This document shows positions 53,861 to 64,000 of a stretch of DNA of 64,000 bases, piece after piece; positions within the stretch are counted from its first letter, which is position 1; each line of letters begins with the position of its first letter. The translations under genes were made by a program, and so were the position numbers. A model generated the notes under the pieces. The model was not told where the DNA came from, searched no databases, and saw only the letters and a program-made list of their open reading frames with translations. Origin of the DNA: Felis catus. Lineage: Eukaryota. The DNA is taken from contig NC_058368.1 of the NCBI RefSeq assembly GCF_018350175.1, positions 154,878,001-154,942,000 on the forward strand, written 5' to 3'.

Positions 53861-54067
53861 ATTTTATTTTAATGTTTGTTTATTTATTTTGAAAGAGAAA
53901 GAAAGTCTGAGATATCAGAGAGGCGGGGGAAGAAAGAGAACCCCCAGCAGGCTCCTTACTGTCAGTGCAGAGCCCAGCATGGAATGCAATCTCACGAACC
54001 ATGAGATCATGACCCAAGCTGAAGTCAAGAGTTGGACGTTCAGCCAGGCTGAGCCATCCAGTTCCCC
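53861..54067 (-). mobile_element. Can-SINE, older copy
   Basis: catgagatcatgacccaagctgaagtcaagagttggacgttcagccaggctgagccatccag. Confidence 0.9.
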
Positions 54068-55789
54068 TCCCTATCTGTATTAAATGTGTCTTCTTCAGTA
54101 TCTAAATACTCTCAGTTCCCATGTGATGAAGGTATATTTGATGCCTGATTAAAACTAAACCAGAACATTTGCTTTAAATTTTCCAAAATGATTTCTATTG
54201 AATCACATTTTCTGCTAATATAGAAAAGAGCTTTTTATGTGATATTTTGCTGGTTGTTTGAAAATGTGTTATCAATTAGAAATAGAAGTTTAATCAGTGA
54301 AACTTAGAAGAACAAGCAGAATTTTTTGTTTTCCATTGCAACCTAAAATTATTGTTTAAGAAGTTTCCTATTTAACTAAAGTAAGATCCAAGTAATCTTT
54401 TAGTTGGATGAAGTAGTCTGATTTTTTCAATCAAACCTAATTACTTTCCTATGCCTTAAAGCTATGTTGACATCAGCAGTTTTATGAAAATTTTTGTACT
54501 TCCAAAAACAACAGGTAACTTAGAGATTGATCACCGGGATGTTAATGGCCATTTTCTATAGTTCTACATTAAAAGAAAAACTGCTGTGCTATCCATAAAG
54601 CAAAACAATAAAGTCTATTTGTAACATTCTTATTTCCAGTGCTCAGTGCTCGTTCTTAAGGCTGTAGAAGACATTTGCAATGCCATTTAAAATATTTTAT
54701 TATTTATAGCATTTTCCCCTAAGATATTTGAAAACACGATAAGAAGTGTCTATTTTATGGAACATTTATTGGGCTAAATAGTATTTGAGCTCAGCACAAC
54801 TTGCTATCCACTTAAAAAAACAACGGTATATAGTTTTGATGAGCTGGTTGTTCCTTAGGATCTCAATGCCATTTCTCAACAAAATCAGTCAGGGGTCCAA
54901 GTTTAGACAACAAGTATGGCTAAAGTGGATATTGCTACAAATTCCTTTGTTTAGCTGTTTTGAAGACTTTAAATTTTTATTGGTAAAAATGCAGTGTGCT
55001 GGTAGATAGGACTGGAATGTTGTACTCTCAGACTTGGTACTAAATTGAACGCTTCATTTTGTTTGAGGAATTTAAATAAATAATAGAAGACATTAAGATT
55101 TCATTTAAGTAATTTATTTTATACCTAAAAGTGTTTAACTTTTTTTAGAGTTTTATTTGTTTATATGGCGCACATCTTTATTTTACAATGTTGAATGTTG
55201 TGGTTATATAGCATGTTTGAGGATATTATTCCCAAGAAAAGGTAGAAAGTTCTCAGGTTAACTGAGAGTTATGATCCTTCCTTAATACTTCCAACGTTCC
55301 CTGAAGTAGTTAATATTCTTATATTTCTGAAGGGGGAAAAGGGGGAAATTTAGAGTATTTAAATGATTTACCAATGGCCACACAAACAGTGTGTGGCAGA
55401 GAGAAGCTTGGAAGCTGGTGGTATCTGAATCTCACCCTTGTTTTTTAACCTCCAACCTGAGTGCTTCAACGTGGAATTGGATTTCCTGTTACACTTTGCC
55501 TTCCTCTTTCCCAGCCGTTCTTCTCAATTTGGCCTTTTCCATTTCAATTCTGCTTTTTCCCTTTTTATTCCTATTTGGTTGCTATCAAGCTAGACTATAC
55601 CATTCAGAATTAGCATGCAAAAATCAACAAAAACTAGTTGTGAGAAGAAACCCTTAAAAACAGCCCTTACATGTTACAAATGTCAACGTGCCCTTGCCAT
55701 ACACAGGACGATTTTTGACGGTCCACTTATTTGAAAGTTTTTATTGGTGGCAGGAAAAGAAAAAAGTTGGACCAATCATACACCATTCA

Positions 55790-56000
55790 TTAAGGGCTTA
55801 CCTAATGCCTGGCGCTGAATTTAGCCTTTTATAGACAGTATCTAATCTAATCCCCACCACAACCTTATGACACAAACATTATTACTGGTAATTTACGGAG
55901 GAGAAATTTGAGGCTTGGAGACATTATGCAATTTACTTAAGGTTATACAGTTTAACAGGTTAAACAGAAGTTTGGACTCGAATTTGACTGATTACAGAGA
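55790..56000 (-). mobile_element. MIR
   Basis: aatttacggaggagaaatttgaggcttggagacattatgcaatttacttaaggttatacag. Confidence 0.75.
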
Positions 56001-56669
56001 TTTTGCTGCAATAACCATCTGGGTGAGCTGCACCTAGGCCATTGTGTGTGCTCTTTCTTAAAAAAATATCTTAAGTAGAGAGTCAGATGGACAGTTATGT
56101 GACTCAAGATTATTTTTTCAGTACAAGTAGAGCAGATTTTTAGGAATCACTTCCTAAAAAGTAGCAAAGAACCGTTTCTTTAAAAGAAAGAAAGGAAAAA
56201 AGAAAATCCCTCCTTACTTCCTCGTTTAATGGTCAGACCCAAACTCCAGAGGAAAATGAGCAGGTAGATTATGAAATCACAACAGAATTGTCCTTTGGCT
56301 CGAGTGGAAGGAGTGGTTTGACCAAACATTCTCACACTTTGCTTTTTCATTATCTCTGTCAGTCGAGTCACTGCACCACTGTTTGAAGCAGAAGCCGAAG
56401 TCGGGGGAAATGCCAAAGGCAAGGGGCACTTTCCGGTCACAAAGACACTGAAGTGGTAACTCTCCTTCTCTTGCACATCCTGGCCGGGCCCCTGGCCAGA
56501 AAAGCACTCCTAGATCCTCAGGATGGCAACTGGGCCTGAAGGGGATGTTGGAAAGCGTTCACTCATCCTATCATTCTGGATTGCCTGTCTCCACTCTGAG
56601 TATGGACGAGAGGGAAAGGATAACAAGCACAGCCAACTGCCAGAAACTTTTTCTTGCCTCAGTGCATGT

Positions 56670-57041
56670 CTATTTTTCAGCTGGATGACTTTTATTTTTG
56701 CATTTTTAATTGCTTTATGTGTATCGCCCTTTTTCTCATGGCAATTTCTAAATACCACTTTGGGGAGTCTTTTATGTTCAGAACAGTGACAGCACCACAG
56801 AGATCTCAAGCTAAGCATGAAAGCCTGGATCTAATATCTTCTTGCTGCTCTCCTGTCTAATAGGCCTGCCTGTGAATCTCGCTGCTATGATACCAAGACC
56901 AAATGGATGTTTACTGAGGAAAAAAGTAGGAGTTGCAGAAAAGCAGACAGGAACGACAACTTGTCAGAACTCTGATCTGATGACTCATCAAATTGCACAC
57001 ACGTTATGCAACCGTTATACATTCAGAGGTGAAGGGGGCAC
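56670..57041 (-). other. Candidate distal last exon of an unidentified gene
   Basis: Acceptor ctgttggatctctctttctcag|GTG; all frames close quickly (phase 0: VPPSPLNV*); AATAAA at 56696-56691 and 55745-55740. Confidence 0.35.
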
Positions 57042-57240
57042 CTGAGAAAGAGAGATCCAACAGACCGGCTCCCGACTCTGCTTGGCCAGCTGTGTAATGC
57101 TCTCCAACAAGAAAAAGTAGGTAATCACAACCACTCACTTTTTATTCACAGAGGTATGAGAATGAATTTGATCGTATCTGTGGAGTGCTTTGAGGCCTTT
57201 GGAATAAAGGCATTCCACAAATATATATTTCTATGTATAG

Positions 57241-57241
<1 letters not shown>

Positions 57242-57281
<40 letters not shown>

Positions 57282-57287
57282 AGCGCG
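57242..57287. repeat. (TG)n followed by a (CG)-rich alternating tract
   Basis: tgtgtg...gtgcgcgcgtgagcgcg. Confidence 0.95.
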
Positions 57288-58194
57288 TTCTTTCTCTTGA
57301 GTAATAGGACAGAAAGAGAATTTCCTACATGACATGCCAAGTACATTTCATAGTCTCTGTATGCTGTGTGCTCATATATCTAAACATTTTTACAGGTAAG
57401 TTGCTTTCTGTCTTATGAAAAACGTCTCTTGGCTGCATTGGGGTCTTAAATATCCATGGTACAAACTGGCAGCTTAGTGCTTTTCATTCAGTATCTAGCA
57501 GACGAGCAAATCCCAGGGCTGAGCTATTGATCCAGCTGAACTCACAAGCAGTATGTCCTTATTCTTCTGGTTCAGTAGCCTTGGATGTAGTATACAAAAT
57601 AATTTGCTGCATTCTTCAAAGCGATTTTCCCTTGGGGTAGGAAAAACACAGTTGGAAGGATGCAAAGATATTTCACTGCATTCAACAATAAAAGGAACAT
57701 TTTAAATAAGTTTACTGACATAAAGAAGCCTACTTGTTTTATGTTTGATGTTGTTTTTGTTTTATTTTATTCTGTATTTCCATGAAAAGTGCCAAAAGAG
57801 TGCAACTTTAATCAGTATCCTTTTAAAATAATTTTAACCTTCCCACCATAAGCTAATCTCTTACTCTTTTATCATTCAGGGTTTGGGGAAGAGATTTATT
57901 TCCAACTCAGCTTTTATTAATATTTATTAACACACTATTGTTTGTATCTTGACTTTATATTCTTTTCTTCTAATTGATGTATCATATCACTGTCAAGATG
58001 TGACAACAATATTTTTCTATTTCATGTGAAAGACAGAGGAGAGAAGACAGACAAACAGTTGGTGGTCACCATGAAAATAAGGAACATGTCAAGGTCCTTA
58101 TTTATTAGTCTCCCTTTAAAGACACTGGTTTGAGTGCTCAGGAAAATGACCTGGATGCTTAGTCCCATGAAGATTTTGAATTTAAATCAGAACT

Positions 58195-58360
58195 TGATCA
58201 AGACCTAAAAGCTAAGTGATCAGTGCTGGCCTCTCTATGGCTCAGTTCCTCCACCTGTAAAGTGACCCTATATCATAAAATCAGTGGGAGACTCAGGTTA
58301 AAACAGAAACGTATTGAAGGCACTTACCACAATCCTAGAACATAGTGAGCACTCAAAAAT
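58195..58360 (+). mobile_element. MIR
   Basis: ctctctatggctcagttcctccacctgtaaagtg...catagtgagcactcaaaaa. Confidence 0.7.
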
Positions 58361-60951
58361 AAGTACTTAATATTACGGATGGTAACATCAGTAGCAATAA
58401 TGGCAGTCATGGGGACACAAAGCTATAGATCAAACTCAAATAAGTCAAACTCTTAAGAAAAATGTTTACAGCCTAGCACATGTTAGGCACTGTCTTAGAC
58501 ATTGTACTAGGCACTGGGGGATACCAATTAAGAAGAATAAGGCCTGGTGTCTACCTTAAAGAACTAACTACCTAGTTAAAATGATACATGGGAAATATAT
58601 TTAACACAAGACAATTAAGTATCAAATGAATAATAAAGGCAGTCAAATAGGAGGTTTAGAGAATAGAGTTCATAGAATGGAATAGTAATAGCATTCATTA
58701 TCAGATAAAAATGTAGAACTAAGATATCTATGTACCTATACATAGATAAATATATTTAGAGAAAAGATTTCTTCAATATTTTTATCCACAACTTCTCACA
58801 TGCACGCAATACAGATAAATAAACTGTCAGAAAACACAGCCATTTCACTATCATCCAAATATTAAGTAATCCTAGGAAATCAATCTCTATTTGATGAGCT
58901 GAAAAGAAGCCAATCATAAAAAGTTCATGCAAGCAAGAATCTGAGTAGCCTAAGAAACCCAATGTCAAGTATTACATCTCAGTTTGCTTCTGGGAAATTA
59001 ATTGGGCCAACACCGCTTATATCAATATGAAATGAGGGGAGTGGAGTTTTGTTTTAAACAAAGCTAACACTTGGGCTGTAATTGTATAATCAATAGTCTT
59101 TTTTGGCAGGTGTATGGATAGTGCCCAGAACATTGAATTGAAGAAGATTTTATGTACATAAAGAATGAAAGGATAATTGTTGAATAATCATTTTAGTGAT
59201 CATATCAAGTAGGTGTTAATGAATTATTAACATACTATGAATTATTATTAGTTTTTTATTATTATTCACAATTTGGTTAAGTTTCAGGACATCAAGATAA
59301 ATTTACACTCAAAATATTCATACTTATTACTTAGTCCCCTATTTTGCTGATACTATCTCATATTGGTGAGATTTCAAAATGAAAATTATTTAAAAAGAGA
59401 TCTATATAGAATATAAGTTTTTATGTTACAGTTACTTATACATTTATTAATTCAGTAAATGCCTTAAGAGCTGGGGCCACCACTGAGCATATAACACATA
59501 TATAGAGATAAATCAATGCATACAATAATTATAAGTTACCTATTATATAAGAATTGTTAGGTAAGGAAAAATGATATTAAGAAAAACGAAACAGAATACT
59601 ACATGGATAGACTGTCTTTTTAAAACTCTCTTAGGAGATCAAATTTGAGCAGAGTCTTCAGTGAAAAGATAGGTTGAGCCAGGCATGAGAGGTCTGGGGT
59701 AAGATCATTGTCAGAGGAAGGAATAGGAAGGGCAAGACCATGAGGCTGAAGAGGACTAGGCCAATGCGTCTACAGGCACAGAGAGGTATAATAAATTGCC
59801 TGAAATTTTGTTGCCTGAAATTTTCTAATCTGTAGGTTTTGAATATGAGGATTTCAAAAAAAAATTTTTATCAACAGTTGATTAACTTAGCTTAATGTAT
59901 TCACAACTGCCACCAACTGTGTTCTTTTCGAACACAGAAGAAAGAAGGTTAAAACTAATTTAAAGTAGTCCCAGGATTGAAACCCCAGGAACCTGGCATT
60001 GTTAAAAGCAAAAGCAAACAAAAGTCAAGAGACACAGCAAACTGCAGAAGTAAACCTACAATGTCTATATGGAATTATTGGACACAGAACATATATATTC
60101 TACACAAGACTTCAGTGCCAGAACAATTTTCCAAAGAGTTCTTTACATTTAAAGAAAAAGATAATCCCCATAGTAGCAAAGGTATTTCAAGCACATTTTT
60201 TTAAAAGTTACCTAATTACAACACCAATGAAAAGTAACACAAAACTTCAGACTATATAATAGGAATATTAAATAGGTTGTTTCAGTTTGAGTAAAGTGTC
60301 TTTTTATAGTTGCAGTCTGTTTGATGTGCTGAAATGATTCTAAAACTTCATCTTGGTTTGGTTAGCAATGTCTGCTATGCTGTTTTAAAATCTAAGAGGA
60401 ACAAAAATTGTCAACAAATACAATAAATGGGTAATAATCTGAAAATACTGAGACCTCTTTCAAGCCAACAATCAGTTCTAATGTCTCTAAGGGAGAGAGA
60501 AAAATGGGCAAATGACGCATAAAACAAGCTAAAGAAGGAGGAATATAAGTGACCAATTGGCACAAGAAATATGTGATTTCTTTAGTAATAGCAGATGAAC
60601 GAACAAATAAGAAAAAGAACAGTTCATCCTCAGCTCTAATGAGTGAATAGTCAGATAGCCGTGATCTGGTGGCATATAAAGTACTTCCCTAGAATTTCAG
60701 ACGTCTCCCAAATCTATGACTCACCAAATCATTTCCTTGCATTGTTAGGGGAAATGCTCCACAAATTTACCATGATGCACAATAAAATTATTTTAATGTG
60801 ACTTCTATCGGTGTCTTAATCCATATTCGATACAGATTTAATTACTACCTGGATTACTTTCTAGTATTCCAGATAGGTGATGTGACTTTAAAAATTCACT
60901 GAAAAGAGAGATCTAAAGGAAATTTCTATTTCTTTATCACAATTGAAAGAA

Positions 60952-61077
60952 TAGTGATTTCTCAAAATGATGCCCAGTGATAACCCGGATGCTATCCAGA
61001 CCTATACGGACCTAGGAATCTGAATCAGTAACGAACTCCCAGAAGCTGCTGATGCACACAGGTTTGACACTCACTGA
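60952..61077. mobile_element. MER5A-like hAT-Charlie MITE
   Basis: tagtgatttctcaaa ... ctgatgcacacaggtttgacactcactg ends. Confidence 0.55.
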
Positions 61078-61345
61078 CGCAGAGGAAGCAAAGAGGAAAA
61101 TTAATCCTTACGGGTACACAACAAGAGTCCTAGATGTGCCTTAGAAACACACACCCACGAAGCAGCAAGCACATGAAGTGAGGCATTGCCACATAGAAAA
61201 GCCCTTGGAAAATCAGCTTGGGAGTCCCGAGAATGGCCTCCAAGAATACACCTCATAGTTAACCTCGGCAGCTGGCTTCCCAAGCACTCCTGTGCACTGA
61301 GGCTGAAGCGAATGCAGCAGGATGAGTCCAGGCAACTTGACTCAC

Positions 61346-61354
61346 CAGCCGAAC
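61346..61354 (-). other. Candidate 9-nt microexon GTTCGGCTG
   Basis: gctgctttcctgctgcccttaaccag|GTTCGGCTG|gtgagt; frame-preserving length, strong donor. Confidence 0.45.
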
Positions 61355-61519
61355 CTGGTTAAGGGCAGCAGGAAAGCAGCTACACAGTTCCCTTATGGGC
61401 ATTTCAGTTACGGCCACCCTTTCAGTCAGCACACAGACACTTTGGCTTCTGCCTTTTATCTAATTCTCTTGAAAGTTACAGTGGTTCCAAGTTTCTGATT
61501 TTCTGCGCATCGACAGATC

Positions 61520-63413
61520 TTCTTGTCATCCTCAGTGACCACAAATTATATGTCGAATAAAAGATGAATATGCAAATATGTATTTAAAATATACAGTACA
61601 GAATAACAGTGAATTCAGACTTAAAAAAAAAAAGCTACACATAAGGATCTTTTTTCTTACAAATACACACAGGTGACTGGAGAATATGATATCTGACACG
61701 ATGGCATCACTCTAACGGCAATAAAGTCTAAGTGAGGATCTGTCAGCCTGGTTGTGGCTGTTTGTTCACACATAGGGCCAGTTTTATGCAAGGGAAAGAC
61801 AGAACTGTGTTTTTCCATCTGTAGAGCCGTAAAAAGGAAATGACGTTTTCATTTGTTATATGAATAGTTTCCGATTGTCTCTCAGGTTCTCTGAAACCAG
61901 TTTTTAAACATTTTTCTGAGAATGTTACTAAATTTTCTTAAGTAGCAAATTGTGCTTTTGTCTACATTTGCAGTTTCTCCGTATACAGGGAAGGCCTGCA
62001 AAATCACTGCGGCATTTCTGTAAAAGCCCCAATGTAAACAAAAACATACAAATGACTGGAGTCTGTTCAAATTCGACAAAGGTGCCCTCTACCCACTATG
62101 CTTTGCTTGAATTGGGTTCTTTGTGTCCCCATTTCCCCTAGCCTTGGCCAAGCACATTTTGTCTCTCACTAGTGCTCTGATGACGATGACATAATGGTGT
62201 GTATTCACTGCAGTGGCTTGTGCAGAACTATGGTGCAAACTTCCTTCATTGTTTCCTTGGGGCAGTCATTCCAGGGAGCGAGTTGTACTCTCCTTCAAGA
62301 TGAACACTGCAACATTTTGACTCTCTCAATGGCTAAAAATCTCTTTCATCCAAAATATTGTTTCACGTGACCCTTTGTTCTTATTTAGAGTATACAAATA
62401 GTGTGTGAACATGAAACACATTTTATACAGTACGTTGGGGGAAAAAAAGGTAACATTATTTTCCCTCTCCTCCACCACCATGTTCATAGATTTGGAGAGT
62501 TGGGCTTAGCATTCACTTGTCTAATAATTATTGTGAAGGGGAAAGTGAATTCAGAATCTGTAGAAAGCAATGAACTATTTCCAAATAGCAGTAGTGTCCA
62601 TATTTATCCCTGATCACTAAATGGGACTGATTATAAACGTACTGGGAGACTAGGAGAAAAGCACTGTTGATTTACTTTACATAGATAAACAAGCCACATA
62701 AAAAATGAAAGCACAATGCTTACTGAATTGTTAGTGATTAAACATTAATGACTGTAAAGCTTAGTCAAACACTGAAAGTCTTAAAGTCTTCCACAGTACA
62801 TCATGTTGAGTGTCAACGGATAAAACAGAATGCCAATATTAGTTGGAATGTTCTTGAAAAGAGTTAAGCTTTGTCAATAGCTATAAATGTACATGTGCCG
62901 ATATCTAAAAATCTATCAATCTCCACACACGGTCTGTAGAGGCTCTATTAGTCTGACCAACCAGAAGTATTCTGGTACTGGTTGGCACCAAAAATAAGCA
63001 AATCTGTAAGTAACTTTACGTGTACTTATTTGTTTATTTTGTGCCATAGGTATGTATTTTGCTATCGATATAGTCAAGCATTTATTATGTACATTAAAGG
63101 AAGTCAGAAACAGAATGAATACATCAAATTTTTCTTTCTGTTCTCCTAAGCCTCTCTGCCGAGCAGAGTGCAATAGCAAAAGCAAGCTTAAACCAATATC
63201 TGTCACATATCAAATAACTATTAAAAAGGTGGCACAAAAAAAGGCATACGTCCTGTTTTGTGGGAAGCTCATGGAGGTCCCCACACTCTATCCTCAGCCA
63301 CTTTCGGCCACTTTGGACAGTCATCTTACAGAAACAATAAGTTTGAACCAAGGACGGGTGGCATTTTAATTTCAGTGCCCCCACTCCTGTCACAGATGAA
63401 TTCATTGCCGTAT
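61520..63413 (-). other. Candidate proximal last exon and 3' UTR of an unidentified gene entering from the right
   Basis: Poly(T) tract then gttag|ATACGGCAATGA (phase 0: IRQ*); ~1.9 kb with no recognised repeats, T-rich on the minus strand; AATAAA at 63086-63081 and 63038-63033; distal end not defined. Confidence 0.45.
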
Positions 63414-63418
63414 CTAAC

Positions 63419-63447
<29 letters not shown>
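63419..63447. repeat. Poly(A)/poly(T) tract, acting as a polypyrimidine tract on the minus strand
   Basis: Direct reading. Confidence 0.95.
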
Positions 63448-63449
<2 letters not shown>

Positions 63450-63599
63450 TTGGTTGATCTTGCTATGAAAAGATCATTTCATCAGCTTCAAAAAAACTCT
63501 TTCACACAAGGACCCAGGGGAGCAGAATATTCCCACCCGTGTGGGAAATCCCTGCTGGTACACCATTCAGCAAGTCAGAGCATCATCAAAAAAGTACTG

Positions 63600-63760
63600 G
63601 AGGGCAGTGTGTATGGTGAAAAGCATATTTGGGGTTATTTGGGAATTGAAAATGGATCAGGCATGAGATGATATTCAGGAATAAATTTTAGTTTTATTAG
63701 GTGTAATAATGTTATTTTCACAATAACACCATATTTCTCATGGAGAATAAGTAACACCTT
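63600..63760 (+). mobile_element. Old L1MC-type 3' fragment
   Basis: agatgatattcaggaataaattttagttttattaggtgtaataatgttatt. Confidence 0.5.
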
Positions 63761-64000
63761 GAAAAATGGAAGTGTAACTCAGTGTTTATTAATCTCTTTT
63801 GGATTATGGAATTCTGAGACACAGAAAAAAGCTATGGGTCCTTTGACAGAATAGTGCACATATGGACCTACATACACATTTTTTATGTAGATCAAGGGAT
63901 TTTTTAACTCCTATTCTAGTTAGTGGAAGAAACAGCTAAGTTCACTAATGATTACAATAAGTGCTATACTTGCAAGATCATGATATTCACAGGACTGGAA

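Noticed and set aside
62295..62335. Minus-strand exon giving (A)IERVKMLQCSS*
   Set aside because: The acceptor lacks a pyrimidine tract and lies inside UTR-like sequence
63330..63413. 84-nt internal exon using TCT|GTAAGA
   Set aside because: The donor context is weak and UTR-like sequence continues downstream, so a last-exon reading is preferred; not fully excluded
26..63671. ORF-track entries of 60-137 aa as standalone genes
   Set aside because: Most overlap SINEs, LTRs, L2 or microsatellites (for example MAQSVEH..., RERERE, VCVCVC) or have random composition; none resembles a protein I recognise
1..64000. CRISPR arrays, operons, rRNA or other prokaryotic systems
   Set aside because: The sequence is clearly mammalian and has no regularly spaced repeat-spacer structure

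Overview
AT-rich, CpG-poor mammalian genomic DNA. The cat-type tRNA-derived SINEs (SINEC_Fc/Can-SINE) and carnivore L1 3' ends point to a felid. There is no long ORF and no protein I can name; most entries in the ORF track are artefacts of repeats or low complexity. Much of the window is interspersed repeats: 11 Can-SINEs (several with intact TSDs), L1/L2/MIR fragments, MaLR and ERVL solo LTRs, Tigger, mariner and hAT fossils, and microsatellites. Splice and poly(A) signals suggest two minus-strand structures, both inferred and not proven. (1) The 3' end of an unidentified gene entering from the right: a candidate last exon at 63413 with a U-rich UTR-like tail, a 9-nt microexon at 61346-61354 with UGC motifs before its acceptor, and a second candidate last exon at 57041. 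(2) A compact 3-exon candidate gene (~37030-36756, 27919-27873, 25915-~25775) with CCAAT/TATA-like promoter elements, a consensus donor and a terminal AATAAA, able to encode an 81-aa and/or a 51-aa small protein. Motif clusters near 12.1, 12.6 and 28.7 kb look like enhancers. Repeat family names come from recalled consensus sequences, and old-repeat boundaries are approximate.
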